From a virus (Duplodnaviria; Caudoviricetes): a DNA stretch of 61,219 bases. A program made the translations under genes and the position numbers. Position 1 is the first letter of the stretch. Every line of letters begins with the position of its first letter. The notes beneath the pieces are model-generated. The model ran no database searches and was not told where the DNA came from. It saw only the letters and a list, made by a program, of their open reading frames with translations. Location of the stretch: positions 1 to 61,219 of the IMG/VR virus record IMGVR_UViG_3300017788_000001. The stretch is one strand, 5' to 3'. This document shows positions 1-9,787 of this stretch, one piece after another.

Positions 1-123
1 AGAGGTGTCGATCACAGGCTGTGAGCCGGGTAACGCGCTGAATGGTCCCTGATAAAGCCATGATGTTTCTTTGTTAGGCGTGGTCAGAATGTCTGTGTCG
101 GCTGTGGTGTACTTAGCTGCGCC
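1..123. repeat. 123-bp direct terminal repeat (copy 1), most likely assembly overlap of a circular contig
   Basis: 1-123 is identical to 61097-61219; the large minus-strand ORF reads in frame across the junction. Confidence 0.95.
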
Positions 124-390
124 GACAGATCTGTCATAACCACCGCGTGCGGAAGTAGTGACTCTATCGACAGCCTTGCCAAGATCACTTAAGAACCCAC
201 CAGTTTCTTCGCTAGGAGCAGCCGTGCCTGTCCGGCCCCTGCGCGGCTCTGCGGCCGGGGGCGATATACCAGTGAGGGCAGCAAAGTCCTCAAGCTGGCG
301 ATCTGAGATGTCACCATTCTCGTACATCTCGCGATAACGAGGCGACAGACTGGCGACAATCTTACTCTTGTAACTATTGGACAACGGCAT
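1..390 (-). CDS. N-terminal 130 codons of the giant internal virion protein (continues at 61096..54842)
   Basis: ATG at 390 preceded by AGGAG; open frame MPLSNSYKSK...PGSQPVIDTS joins the 2089-aa ORF in frame; total about 2214 aa. Confidence 0.9.
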   Translation of the reverse strand, partial: MPLSNSYKSKIVASLSPRYREMYENGDISDRQLEDFAALTGISPPAAEPRRGRTGTAAPSEETGGFLSDLGKAVDRVTTSARGGYDRSVGAAKYTTADTDILTTPNKETSWLYQGPFSALPGSQPVIDTS

Positions 391-402
391 GAAAGCTCCT
401 TT

Positions 403-1092
403 TTATTCGCTCTTTGGTTTACCGAACACAGCCTCTTCAGCTCTTAGACGAGAACGTGTGTCTATGCCTCTACGGACGGACGGCGTACGCAAGAACTCAG
501 TCTCGAATCTACGCAGCCACGCCTCGTCCTTACCCTCATCAATGCCCTGCTTCATTCTAGTGTAGGCCGCCACACGCTCCATGTCCGACAGATTGTAATC
601 TTTCATGCTGTCGGCGATTCTAGCAGCAAGGGCGTGTAGCTCTGGTTTAGTACGGGCTGGGTTGGTTTCTTTGGAACCTCCGCCACCACCTCCACCACCT
701 CCACGATCAAGCCCGAGCAGATTGGTCGCTTTACGCTTATATGCGTTTTCAAGGCGCTTGCCTTCTATATCTAGACGACCGGCCTCCTCGGCCAGCAGCT
801 CGCTTGATGTGGCCTCGCGTCTACCGATCACCTGTCCTTCCGAGTTGACCATCACATACTGCTTAGCCTTCGGATCTAGATAAGACTGCCTTGCGTCTAC
901 AGACTTGAGGGAGTCAGTGCGATTGCGATTGTACTCGTAGTCGCTGGTCTCACGGCGCAGCGCTTCTACTGCACGGATCTTTGCGAGTTCACGCTCGTCT
1001 CCCGCAATAGCAGCGTCGCGCTTTTCTTGCTCTCTTTGCTGACGGAGTAGTTCGTTGCTTGCTCCGCCTAGAAAACTCCAGAAGTCTGTCAT
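403..1092 (-). CDS. putative internal virion protein (229 aa)
   Basis: Coupled ORF in the late operon just upstream of the giant protein; charged helical sequence with a poly-Gly linker. Confidence 0.6.
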   Translation of the reverse strand: MTDFWSFLGGASNELLRQQREQEKRDAAIAGDERELAKIRAVEALRRETSDYEYNRNRTDSLKSVDARQSYLDPKAKQYVMVNSEGQVIGRREATSSELLAEEAGRLDIEGKRLENAYKRKATNLLGLDRGGGGGGGGGSKETNPARTKPELHALAARIADSMKDYNLSDMERVAAYTRMKQGIDEGKDEAWLRRFETEFLRTPSVRRGIDTRSRLRAEEAVFGKPKSE

Positions 1093-1553
1093 TACATACC
1101 TCCCATGCCCTGCAGGCCGGGCTGCTGAGGCACCTGTTGCTCGGGCGCGGCGCCTGCCATCTGTTCATCGCCCTGCATTACGACAGCCTTGACAATCTCC
1201 ACAACCTCCGCATACACCTGCTCTGAGAACTCTGGAGGAAGCATGAGCTTCTGCTCAAGGTAGTCAAGCATCTCCTCTAGGAACCCGCCCTTAGCTAGGA
1301 AGGCGCGAGGATCAAGCTGCAACTGTCCTACAATCTCTTCACCCATCTTCATGATGAGCTGCGCCATGAACTGCCCGACAACCTGTGCGGGATCTTGGCT
1401 TGTGTCGAGAGCCTGCTTGATAACGCCCAGACCGCCCTGTCCCAGCAACTTAATACCAGAACGCACGAGCAGCTCGACATCCGTATCAGGTACAGGCTTG
1501 TCGCCCATCTCTTCCACAGCTCTGTTTGTCAATCGCTGGTCTATACTAGCCAT
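1092..1553 (-). CDS. hypothetical late protein (153 aa)
   Basis: Coupled ORF in the structural operon; Gln/Gly-rich C-terminus. Confidence 0.65.
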   Translation of the reverse strand: MASIDQRLTNRAVEEMGDKPVPDTDVELLVRSGIKLLGQGGLGVIKQALDTSQDPAQVVGQFMAQLIMKMGEEIVGQLQLDPRAFLAKGGFLEEMLDYLEQKLMLPPEFSEQVYAEVVEIVKAVVMQGDEQMAGAAPEQQVPQQPGLQGMGGM

Positions 1554-1555
1554 TA

Positions 1556-1921
1556 TTACCCCGCGTTAGGTTTGTTAGGAACTACAGGCAGGGCCGGTAG
1601 AGTGTAGTCATCAGGAGCATACGTCCCTAGCTTTGAGAAAGAACCGTAAGTGTCGAGCGCTCTGCGCTTGTCCAGCTTATCTTTCTGCTTGTAGTAGTAG
1701 TCTAGATCCTTCTCAAAAGCGCTAGTGCGTCTAGCCTCAAGACCCTGCAGTCCTACGATTTCCTTTTGTGCTTTTGTGTCATTCTTCCGGCCCTTGCTGT
1801 CGGACCTGCTCTGGGAGTAGGAAGAGATACCTGACAGGATAGCGCCCCACCAGTTAGTCCCGCTCCCACTACCACCAGAACCATAACTGTCACCGCTGAA
1901 CAAGCTGCTATACCATGCCAT
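1556..1921 (-). CDS. putative small internal virion/ejection protein (121 aa)
   Basis: Gly/Ser-rich hydrophobic N-terminus typical of podovirus core proteins; operon position. Confidence 0.55.
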   Translation of the reverse strand: MAWYSSLFSGDSYGSGGSGSGTNWWGAILSGISSYSQSRSDSKGRKNDTKAQKEIVGLQGLEARRTSAFEKDLDYYYKQKDKLDKRRALDTYGSFSKLGTYAPDDYTLPALPVVPNKPNAG

Positions 1922-1923
1922 GA

Positions 1924-2904
1924 TTAACCCCTAGGTCTGTTGCCGTACTGCGGGAAGTACGTACTCAGAATCTGAGCGAAATTCTGGTTGAAGAAATTGC
2001 TCATACCGCTGATGACTTCCGCTGTATACACTTCTGGATTTTCCAGAGCATACGTCTGAATCAGGCTGTTCAACTGATAGGCAGAGTTGATAGGCATCAT
2101 GCTGAGCACGCCATAAAACTCTCTATCGAACTGTCTTGAATTGGCCCAGTCTTCAAGCTGTGCTCGTGTATAGTCTCTATTACGCTCAAGTCTGTTCTGT
2201 TCGCCTTGGAAAGCAAATCCTTCTCGTTGCCCATGCAGCTGCATAGCCGCATTGAACAGAGGCGCTGCGCCCTCTAGAGCTGCCCGCTGGCTAGCACCCG
2301 CTGCAATGGAACTGCCAGCTCTGTTGCCTCTGCCTGCCGCTTGTTCAAGACCCCTCATCCTAGCGTTACGTATGTAGGCACCATTAGGATCTATGATCTG
2401 ATTCATGGTGTCCGTGACTACGTTTGCCGGCGAGAATCCACCTTGCAGGTTAACCTGAGAGGGATTTGGCGGTAAGTTACCGCCTGTGCCCTGCGTGCCC
2501 TGAGGAGGCTTACCTCCTCTCCACTGCGACGGGTCGGAAGGAACCGCTGGATTATTACCACCAGTGCCTTGCGTTACAGGAGGTTTCAACGGTAGAGCCG
2601 GCGCATGACCGCCAGATCCTATTGGATACTTACCTCCTTCCCATGGTGTGAGCGAAGCCGGGTTGTTGCCTCCAGTGCCCTGTGTAGGTGTGGGAAGTGC
2701 AGGAGCGTTCCCTCCTGTCCCTATGGGGTACTTGCCGCCTTCCCACGGAGTTAGTAACGCCGGGTTATTTCCTCCTGTACTTACAGTAGGCGGCGGTGGC
2801 TGTATCCATGAATTACCCTGTAGCTGAGGCGGCGTGTTGCCACCCGTCAGAGGTGTTCTGGGGGCTGAAGGTAAAGCACCACCAGTCCCTTGTGTGATAT
2901 ACAT
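1924..2904 (-). CDS. putative internal virion/pilot protein with about 12 xGGxxP repeats (326 aa)
   Basis: ATG at 2904 after AGAGGGG; disordered repeat N-terminal half and a helical C-terminal half (GLEQAAGRG...SSIAAGA) resembling ejection proteins; directly downstream of the tail gene. Confidence 0.65.
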   Translation of the reverse strand: MYITQGTGGALPSAPRTPLTGGNTPPQLQGNSWIQPPPPTVSTGGNNPALLTPWEGGKYPIGTGGNAPALPTPTQGTGGNNPASLTPWEGGKYPIGSGGHAPALPLKPPVTQGTGGNNPAVPSDPSQWRGGKPPQGTQGTGGNLPPNPSQVNLQGGFSPANVVTDTMNQIIDPNGAYIRNARMRGLEQAAGRGNRAGSSIAAGASQRAALEGAAPLFNAAMQLHGQREGFAFQGEQNRLERNRDYTRAQLEDWANSRQFDREFYGVLSMMPINSAYQLNSLIQTYALENPEVYTAEVISGMSNFFNQNFAQILSTYFPQYGNRPRG

Positions 2905-2944
2905 ATCATCCCCTCTGTAAAGATGATTTTTCTTATGGAAGCCA

Positions 2945-5497
2945 TTAACCATCCTGATGTCCCTCCACTCTCGGATAAACTACCATGACTTGTACTATGT
3001 GGGAAGGCTCTACGGTTGATAGGTTACTCGCCTGCCCACCTTCTATTCTAAGGGACACACCTAGGCCCCAGTTCGCATGATCCACAAAGTTAGTGACATC
3101 TTGCTTACTTCTGTAGAAGTGCGCCGGAGGTGTGTACGGAAGGGAGATGTCCTGACTAGCCGTGGTGTAAGATTGATCGAAGTCTCTCTCTATACCCTTG
3201 GCTTTTACAACAAGATTCGCCATACCGTGACTTTTACCGAACAGCCGTATACCCTCCACGCCTAAGAAGTTGGACGCGTTGTCATTGTAAAGATGCGCCA
3301 ATTCAAAGTAATGGGTAAACGTAATACCGTTGAAGCCCCATCCTGAGTCCAGCTCATACACCCTAGTGCCGTCAACAGGATCATTAGATTCCACGTAAGG
3401 GTAGTCTGTAGCAGCATATCTACCGTAGAACACATCCCACACGACGTGCATACGTTCTTGCCCGTTGTCCTGTACTTGACTACTCCATGCCAGAGGCAAT
3501 CTGGCTACACCGTCATTGCTATAGTTTGACATAGCAATCAGAGGCTGCTCCCCTGTCATACAGAACGAATAGACATCACCTGAACGCAGGAATAGTCTGT
3601 ACTGATTCTTGCCTCTCACAGGCATCGCGCAATGCACACCGCCGATCTCTGTATCAAATAGTGACACAACCATCTTAGGCTTGAGCTGCGCCTGTACCTT
3701 GTCGCTAGCCCTGTACCCCATAAAGTCGGAGTACGTGCTGCTCTGCTCTAGGACGCTCACACCATTCTGATCAGCGAATACAGGGACCCTGCCGACATTG
3801 ACGCAGCTGTAAGGTAGTGCTCCGCTGTCAGGAGATATTGTCTCTGTAGCTATGTTGTCACCAATACCTGCCAGTCTGCTGATAGAACGCCTGCCGAACA
3901 CAAGCGTGGAATCGCCCACGCCTTCGAGCAGTCCCGTGATTTCATCGCCCATGGGAAACGTCTGCGCGCCATCTATACCAGAGAAGTTGGAAGGCTCGTT
4001 AGGTACAGACAAGTTCACAGTGCCTCCCAAATACCCTAGAGACAGGCAGAGTCTAGCATGCCTTCCTGCCCACTTCGGCTTGTCGTTTGCCTCCACATCT
4101 GGGTCAGTGATAATGGAACCGTAGGAAGCATAACGTTCCAGCCCAAGCTCTAATACGTCAAGCGGCACAGCGTAGCCCGTACGAGGCGGGCTGTAAAACT
4201 TAGCCCAAACAGCACGTGATGCACCTGTGGCCAAGTACGCCTCAGCATCCTCATCAATGCCGTAGAAGTTGGCGGTCAGTCCGACAAAGTGAGATTCGTA
4301 CTGCCTCAGCTTCTTGGTACCGGCAACGTTCGTTCTAATGATGGAGTCGACTGTGAGAATGTTGTTACCGTTTATTCTTACGACATCACCTACAACTATC
4401 TTGTTGTATGCGCCGGGACCGGAAGCACCGCTCAATGGGTCTAGCGGGTTGAACGGTATCAGCTCCACGCGACCTGTGGCATTTCCTGCACTCCAACTAC
4501 CGCTAGTCAGTACCACGGATTTGATAAGCATTTTGTAGTGGTTGGAGGCGAAGGCTGGTCCGACGTTGACAATATCTCCCACACTAGGATCAGCGCTTGC
4601 CGCCTGCGTCCCGTTGTCAAACGTCACGATAATCGAACGGTACATCCTAGCAGCGCCTCTGCTCTCATGTGTTTGAGGGGTGTGCCGTGCTACACAGTAA
4701 GACCAGTCAGACTCACCCGAATGCTCTGTGACAGAAGAGGCAGTAGCCGTGGAAGCTGCTGTGTTATCTTTATTACGGACACTAATTGATGTAGAGGCGG
4801 TACCTTCTACATAGGGCTCTATCCACACAGTCAAAGGTGACGTAGTTTTTGCTATGACAAGCCCATCAATAGTGCCTATTCTAAGTGTGTCGCCTACTTC
4901 CGTGAAGCTATTGGACACACCGTTTAATACGTAACTAGGAGCATCTCTGAACTCAAGCAGGTTGTTCCTGAACCAGTGCAGCCCACACACAGGGGTAGGT
5001 GAGGTCTCTATAGACGCCCTGAGTATAGTGGCGATAGCGCGTACCAAGTCTACGTAGTTGTCTACCGTCTCAGTGCTGTGCCTGCCAACGGCGTCACTGA
5101 TCGTATTAGCATCGACTGTAGAACCGCCGTCAACAATGATCTCGTCACCAGCACGTAGAACGGATTGGTCTTTAGTTATTGGGCAGTACAGAAGTTCATT
5201 ACCGCCGTGAGAGATATACACGCCTACATTGAACGTGCCCTGATCGGTGATAAGCTTTATGATGTCACCGGCCTGCACAGAAGAGAAAGCACCCGCATCA
5301 CTGATGCTGATGTTAACTGCCCATACATCAGTCAGGGCACCATTAGCCCAGCCGTCGTAAAGCTCAGTGCCGTCAATACGGCTGATGCCTCCGAGGGTTG
5401 TAAACTCATAATTCATGCAGCCGATTAGACTCCCCGGCTCTTTAGCCATGGCAGGGGAGGTGTGGTCTAGTCCTTTGTTTAGGGCAATGGTCAGCAT
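2945..5497 (-). CDS. putative tail tubular/nozzle protein (850 aa)
   Basis: Size, beta-rich composition and position after the adaptor gene; SVPNEPSNF...GDEITGL segment typical of podovirus nozzle proteins. Confidence 0.6.
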   Translation of the reverse strand: MLTIALNKGLDHTSPAMAKEPGSLIGCMNYEFTTLGGISRIDGTELYDGWANGALTDVWAVNISISDAGAFSSVQAGDIIKLITDQGTFNVGVYISHGGNELLYCPITKDQSVLRAGDEIIVDGGSTVDANTISDAVGRHSTETVDNYVDLVRAIATILRASIETSPTPVCGLHWFRNNLLEFRDAPSYVLNGVSNSFTEVGDTLRIGTIDGLVIAKTTSPLTVWIEPYVEGTASTSISVRNKDNTAASTATASSVTEHSGESDWSYCVARHTPQTHESRGAARMYRSIIVTFDNGTQAASADPSVGDIVNVGPAFASNHYKMLIKSVVLTSGSWSAGNATGRVELIPFNPLDPLSGASGPGAYNKIVVGDVVRINGNNILTVDSIIRTNVAGTKKLRQYESHFVGLTANFYGIDEDAEAYLATGASRAVWAKFYSPPRTGYAVPLDVLELGLERYASYGSIITDPDVEANDKPKWAGRHARLCLSLGYLGGTVNLSVPNEPSNFSGIDGAQTFPMGDEITGLLEGVGDSTLVFGRRSISRLAGIGDNIATETISPDSGALPYSCVNVGRVPVFADQNGVSVLEQSSTYSDFMGYRASDKVQAQLKPKMVVSLFDTEIGGVHCAMPVRGKNQYRLFLRSGDVYSFCMTGEQPLIAMSNYSNDGVARLPLAWSSQVQDNGQERMHVVWDVFYGRYAATDYPYVESNDPVDGTRVYELDSGWGFNGITFTHYFELAHLYNDNASNFLGVEGIRLFGKSHGMANLVVKAKGIERDFDQSYTTASQDISLPYTPPAHFYRSKQDVTNFVDHANWGLGVSLRIEGGQASNLSTVEPSHIVQVMVVYPRVEGHQDG

Positions 5498-6471
5498 GAT
5501 TTATCGAATCTGTGTAAACCCAAAGTTATGGTAGGCAGAGAATCTCTGCGCATGATGTAATCCCACTTGTCATACTCCTTCTTTGCACGAGAGTACAGCT
5601 GTGTGTTCCTGTCATAATCTGCGTAAGACATGATGGCACCCCACATAATCTTCTCGTCGTACATAGGGTCTAGCAAGACGGGCGTGTCGTTGTACAACGT
5701 CATGGACGACGCGTCCTGAGTGTAAGAAAACGACACATCATATGGAACATTAGGACGTGGGTAGAAGTCATACAGGCCGTCGTCTGTGCGTACAATATAT
5801 CCCGGCCTACCGGACGGTGTATTGAACGCGTCAAACCTGCCTACCCAGTTTTCAACCGGCAGTGCGATAAGAGAAGGGGCTGCTTGCAGATCACCCGGAG
5901 ATGGGGAAGACGCTGTGGCCACTGTAGGCTGGATGTACACAGAGCGTTCATCAAGCTCATCAAACCCTGTCACAAGCTCGTGAAAGCTGTACCGTCCACG
6001 GCCCTTTATGCTACCTAGTTCAGGGGTAGGGCTCGGACTAACTCTGTCAAACTTCTCGTTCAGGATGAGGTTGTCTGCTTCTGATGGATCACCGACGTAC
6101 TCCACGGAAACCGTGTACTCAGTCAGAAGGTTAAGCTCTGCATCTTCTGTGGAATGCACAGCTACTACTTCAAACTGTACACCAGATGATGTCCCTTCTA
6201 AAACGTTACCGACCGAGACAATACCCGGTCCGGGCAGTATCAGCTGTAGACGTGGGTGGATAGTTACGGTGGTGCGTTCCTTGCGGAAGTACCACTCATT
6301 TCTATCAATAAGAATACTGCGATAAGCACGATTTGTCCACTTCTTGAACAGATTGTACAGAATCGTCCTAGGTGGCGATGCAAAATTCAAAGAAGTCAAA
6401 GGGTCCAACGACACCTTGCACTCGTCGATTGCATCATTAACAAGTTCCATGTATGTTTTGTGGGCAGGCAT
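5491..6471 (-). CDS. putative head-tail adaptor / tail tubular protein A-like (326 aa)
   Basis: N-terminal TYMELVNDAI and C-terminal GRP...FYPRP...Y pattern typical of podovirus adaptors. Confidence 0.6.
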   Translation of the reverse strand: MPAHKTYMELVNDAIDECKVSLDPLTSLNFASPPRTILYNLFKKWTNRAYRSILIDRNEWYFRKERTTVTIHPRLQLILPGPGIVSVGNVLEGTSSGVQFEVVAVHSTEDAELNLLTEYTVSVEYVGDPSEADNLILNEKFDRVSPSPTPELGSIKGRGRYSFHELVTGFDELDERSVYIQPTVATASSPSPGDLQAAPSLIALPVENWVGRFDAFNTPSGRPGYIVRTDDGLYDFYPRPNVPYDVSFSYTQDASSMTLYNDTPVLLDPMYDEKIMWGAIMSYADYDRNTQLYSRAKKEYDKWDYIMRRDSLPTITLGLHRFDKSC

Positions 6472-6490
6472 TATTGGACCCTTCTATTCA

Positions 6491-7144
6491 TTACTGCTTG
6501 AGTGCTAGATGTCTTTCGACAGTCTGCAGTTCTCTTTCGTTGCGCTCAAACTCCATCAGTTCACCAACAGTCGGCCACTTGCCGATAGCGTCGTAGAACT
6601 TCTTCTTGCGAGCGTAGTGAGCGCCGCGTTGGTCAAGCTGCGACTTGAATCCAGAATCCTTGGTGTGGGGGCGGACCCTCAGCACTTGGAACGGATAGCT
6701 ATAAATCTCTTCCTCCTTGACCACACCTTCCGGCTTGTGCAGGCTGGGCGCCTCTATCTGTCTAAGGATAGAAGCTTTGGCGTCTGCAAGCACTCCGATG
6801 AATTCAAGAGGAATGACGAACTCAACGCCTCGTGGAGCGATGAACATACGACCGTTCAAGCCCAGAGGAATTGAAGAATTATTGTGTCCGGGAGTAGGAT
6901 CACGCATAATCAAAATCTTCGCGTGTCCCGGCGGTAGATCGTCCTGATCCTTTTCATCTTCAGCCGCGCTATAAAGAGCAGACGCTGACTGCTTCAGCTT
7001 GATAGCAGCGATGAAATCATTCTTATCCCAGTCTCTACGGGCGCTGATACCCATCAGCTTCGCGTACATACGCAGCTCAGACATACCGAGCGAGTCTAGG
7101 GTATCTTCGGACTCATCCTTTTGAGTCATAGTGTTCTCTGACAT
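6491..7144 (-). CDS. hypothetical late protein (217 aa)
   Basis: GGAG RBS; lies in the structural operon. Confidence 0.7.
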   Translation of the reverse strand: MSENTMTQKDESEDTLDSLGMSELRMYAKLMGISARRDWDKNDFIAAIKLKQSASALYSAAEDEKDQDDLPPGHAKILIMRDPTPGHNNSSIPLGLNGRMFIAPRGVEFVIPLEFIGVLADAKASILRQIEAPSLHKPEGVVKEEEIYSYPFQVLRVRPHTKDSGFKSQLDQRGAHYARKKKFYDAIGKWPTVGELMEFERNERELQTVERHLALKQ

Positions 7145-7162
7145 TTGTGTTTCTCCAAGGTG

Positions 7163-7188
7163 AAAGGGGCCCCGACATCGAGGCCCCC
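7163..7188 (-). terminator. probable intrinsic terminator
   Basis: GGGGCC...GGCCCC stem followed by TTT on the minus strand, after the 184-aa gene. Confidence 0.55.
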
Positions 7189-7198
7189 ATTGTTACAC

Positions 7199-7753
7199 TT
7201 ACGCGTTCTTGTACTTGGTGGAATTGAACTCAGTGTAGATCAGCGGAGCGGTCTGCTGCTCGCCGAGGAACACTGCTTCAAGGATGATGTCAACATCACC
7301 ATCGGCCACCGAAAACGCACCAGCACCCGAGGGGGTGAGGGTGACGTAATACGGCGCCCAGTTCTGGACATCGGCCACAGTGTCTACCTCAGTGAAGGTC
7401 GCCATCTCGTCAGTGGTCAGAGCAGTAGATGCCCCGAGACGAGTGTCCGATTCAGTCACAGGAGTGAACACAGTTCCATCCGGCCGCGTGAGGTTGCTTG
7501 CCGAGACCGGCGAAATGCCAACCGAGAAGCTCGGATTGGTCAGCACCGGAGTACCACTAACCTCCTTGATCAGCACGGTGATGCGGATCGGACGAACATT
7601 CTCGCCAGCCGGTACCATACGAATCAGATCAGAAGTGGCGATGGAGCCACCGGCAGCCACACGCACGCGCGCGGAAACCGACTGCTCCTTACCATTGGCA
7701 AGGCCGCGATGGCGGACGCCCTTTACGACAAGATCACTATCAAAATTAGCCAT
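7199..7753 (-). CDS. putative capsid decoration/virion structural protein (184 aa)
   Basis: Immediately downstream of the capsid gene; GGAG RBS; beta-rich sequence. Confidence 0.6.
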   Translation of the reverse strand: MANFDSDLVVKGVRHRGLANGKEQSVSARVRVAAGGSIATSDLIRMVPAGENVRPIRITVLIKEVSGTPVLTNPSFSVGISPVSASNLTRPDGTVFTPVTESDTRLGASTALTTDEMATFTEVDTVADVQNWAPYYVTLTPSGAGAFSVADGDVDIILEAVFLGEQQTAPLIYTEFNSTKYKNA

Positions 7754-7765
7754 TTGTATTTCTCC

Positions 7766-7792
7766 AAAAAGGGGCTAGACGACACTAGCCCC
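7766..7792 (-). terminator. intrinsic terminator after the major capsid gene
   Basis: GGGGCTAG/CTAGCCCC stem followed by TTTTT on the minus strand. Confidence 0.75.
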
Positions 7793-7800
7793 ACTTCTCA

Positions 7801-7877
7801 TTAGAGGGCCGAAGCGGCAACCTCAAGACGGAACATCCAAGCCTCGTTGAGGCGGACACCCGCATACCACATCTTCC
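7801..7877 (-). CDS. major capsid protein, exon 2
   Basis: Encodes (W)KMWYAGVRLNEAWMFRLEVAASAL*, the expected N4-gp56-family C-terminus; 928+77 nt = 335 codons in frame with exon 1. Confidence 0.9.
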
Positions 7878-8848
7878 GTCTACTGTTACTTCAGCGCCGT
7901 GGTGAGCGCCTTAGGACCTAGATAACTATCTAGGCGGGTAGCTGTTTCCACTACCTCCGGTAATTTCGTACCGGGACAGACTATATCATCACCTTTACGA
8001 TGCTCAGTAAAGGGCGTCACGTTGTATCAACTACGGGCTAATCAGGCCCTTGTGGGTGATAAATCTATCTTATACCGCATACTATGGTGGACATAAGGCT
8101 CGATCATGGCTAGGAACTTAACGGCATTTGTCCTGTTCATAACCAAGTTGTACGTGCCTTTACCCGACTTATGTATAGCCACGTCTAGGCTGTGCACCAC
8201 CTTAAAGTACCGTTGCATTATGTAATGCTCTTCTAGAGAGAAGCCTTGCGTACACAGCTTTACACGTAAGCGGGCCAGTCTTTCTTCTCCGCTGGAATTA
8301 GTGTAGAACTTTTTCTCAAGACATCCGTCATCCATGTACCATATAGCCAGCCCTAGAGGACTTAACATGTTTAGCAGCTTTCGTGTGACCTTCTTGGGAT
8401 GACCACACAACTCAAGGAAAGGATTGAGCTTATTGATATGCTTTGACACTGCGTAGCATATCAGCCTTTCTTTTCCAAAACTGCTGGATGTCTGCGTCTT
8501 TACCCCGGAGCCTCTTAGATCACCTAGTAGAGAATCCTTCCACTTTAGATAATCTAGCTGCTTTATTCCGTGCCTCCAGCGCAGGGCTGTGTTACTTGTA
8601 GGTCCATTGGATCTTCTTAGGTGACCATCACCCAGTATGCTCCCTAAGATTAGTTGCTTTTGATTTTCAGATACTGGATATTTCATCCTTATCCTTTATG
8701 TAGTTGATTAGTCGTTGAGGGGAGGACTTTCACCTCTTCCCTGCTGATTGTCCTCGGCACCCTTGCCTTGGGCCGTTAGGAGTTTCCAGCATATAGTGAC
8801 GTTTTAGTTGCGCAGAAGATTAGGCCGCGAGGGCTAGTTCTTGTGTTA
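7878..8848 (-). mobile_element. group I intron in the major capsid gene (971 nt)
   Basis: P1 GUUGCGU/GCGCAAC with U-G at the splice site; P3 CGTCAC/GTGACG; P4 TGCTG/CAGCA; P7 GACTA/TAGTC; P8 and P9 hairpins; ORF enclosed by ATCAACTAC/GTAGTTGAT. Confidence 0.9.
8042..8686 (-). CDS. intron-encoded LAGLIDADG homing endonuclease (two-motif, I-SceI-like)
   Basis: LILGSILGDG and LAIWYMDDG motifs; AT-richer than flanks; AAGGA RBS. Confidence 0.9.
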   Translation of the reverse strand: MKYPVSENQKQLILGSILGDGHLRRSNGPTSNTALRWRHGIKQLDYLKWKDSLLGDLRGSGVKTQTSSSFGKERLICYAVSKHINKLNPFLELCGHPKKVTRKLLNMLSPLGLAIWYMDDGCLEKKFYTNSSGEERLARLRVKLCTQGFSLEEHYIMQRYFKVVHSLDVAIHKSGKGTYNLVMNRTNAVKFLAMIEPYVHHSMRYKIDLSPTRA

Positions 8849-9776
8849 ACGCAACGTAGCCACGCTGACCCAGCGGATCTTCGTAGGTCTCACCCATCTT
8901 GGGATTCTTGACCACGACATTAGCCGAGGAGCGTCCCTTCAGAGCAGTTGCAGCGAAAGCGTCCTGACCGAAGAACACGACAGGATACACGTCAACGTTG
9001 GTACCGTTGTGCAGGATACCAGTGGTGACGGCGGCGCCAGCACCAGCGAAGTAGGTCAGGTGAGGAAGCAGAATGAATCTGACATCCTGAACCTTACCGA
9101 TCTCCATATCGTGCAGCAGCTTTGTGGAGTCCGAGTAGTGCTCACGCGGGACGAAGCCCGAGACCGCGCGGATGTCCTGCTCAAGATTGGTGTGACCGAA
9201 AGCCACATAACCCGGAGCAACCGGCTGAGTGCTGATCTTCTCACTGGCAGTGATGATCTTGGTGATCGGCTTGGCCATCGCAACCTTGAGGGCGCGAGTA
9301 GCAAGCTGAACATCGCCGAGATCGATCGGAGCCTGCACAGTGGCACGAGAAGTGGCAGCACCGGAGTACGCCACGTTAGTGCCTGCGACGAGGGTGTTCC
9401 ACAGGATACGCTCCTTGGTAAGAGCGGCCTGTTCACCAGCGCCCATCGTGAACTGACGAAGATTGTCGTCTTCATGAGTTTCGATCAGAATGTCGGTGAA
9501 AGGAATCCACGCGCCGTACTGAGCGATGGTGCTGGACACATCTTCGTACACAACGCCGGTCGGCGAAGGAGTGATACCTTCGACCAGCTGTTCCATCGAA
9601 GCATTGAACGGAACCAGTCGACGCCACTTGACCAGCTGACCACTCTTCATGGGAACTTCAACCAGCTGCGCGAACTTCTCCAGCGCCAGCATCGGCTGGG
9701 CATGGGCGAGGAACTGCGCTACTGCATATAGACCAATGCGTACGCCGAGGTCCGCATATTGAACGCCTGAAAACAT
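8849..9776 (-). CDS. major capsid protein (N4-gp56 family), exon 1
   Basis: VKWRR, LVEGITP, QYGAW, EIGKV and DPLGQRG motifs; follows the scaffold gene; spliced product 334 aa. Confidence 0.9.
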
Positions 9777-9787
9777 TTGCTATCTCC

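Noticed and set aside
1-123. Biological direct terminal repeat
   Set aside because: It falls inside a continuous coding frame; best explained as assembler overlap
672-705. Poly-Gly/poly-Pro tract as a contingency repeat
   Set aside because: Mixed Gly codons indicate a protein linker, not a slippage tract
8820-8848. Stop-codon reassignment explaining the truncated capsid and RNR ORFs
   Set aside because: Both breaks are explained by introns, and TAA, TGA and TAG all terminate genes normally
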